DNA of 26,343 nt, from the NCBI GenBank assembly GCA_043826435.1, contig JBDRQF010000014.1:1-26343 (forward strand), in the 5' to 3' direction. Source of the DNA: Elusimicrobiota bacterium (lineage in GTDB: Bacteria > Elusimicrobiota > Endomicrobiia > CG1-02-37-114 > JAHJSO01). Positions 26,302 to 26,343 of the stretch are shown here, piece after piece. Numbering within the stretch: position 1 is the first letter of the stretch; every line of letters begins with the position of its first letter. A model generated the notes under the pieces. It was not told the DNA's origin and ran no database searches. It saw only the letters and a list, made by a program, of their open reading frames with translations. A program made the translations under genes and the position numbers.

Positions 26302-26343
26302 ATGAGAGAATTATACTTTAATGAGAAAGATTTATCAAGCAGG
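26302..26343 (+). CDS. Start of a CDS truncated by the window edge (MRELYFNEKDLSSR...), possibly a transposase
   Basis: ATG preceded by a strong SD and open to the window end. Only 14 codons are visible, so the product is speculative. Confidence 0.45.
   Translation, partial: MRELYFNEKDLSSR

Overview
A gene-dense bacterial chromosomal window with all credible genes on the + strand, from an anaerobic diderm (it encodes TolC). The left part (1-14849) is a Wood-Ljungdahl acetyl-CoA synthase cluster: acsB (5'-truncated), acsC, acsV/RACo, cooC, acsD, a divergent acetate kinase and acsE. It is interrupted by an RRM RNA-binding protein, an AT-rich type II restriction-modification pair with decayed integron-cassette-like ends, a stand-alone trpB2, and a TaqI-family R-M pair. 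After an AAA_14/DUF4143-type ATPase comes a compact three-gene block (NAD-dependent reductase, SPT-like alpha-oxoamine synthase, YghO/bCerS-like GNAT) matching the bacterial ceramide pathway. Then follow a small membrane protein, a lipoprotein cyclophilin, TolC-MacA-MacB, an orphan W/Mo-type ABC ATPase, and the start of a gene whose RBS is hidden in a hairpin (IS-like). Host genes strongly avoid TCGA, AGCT, GATC and CTAG. Family calls come from motif recognition and recalled reference sequences, and site counts were made by eye; no searches were run.
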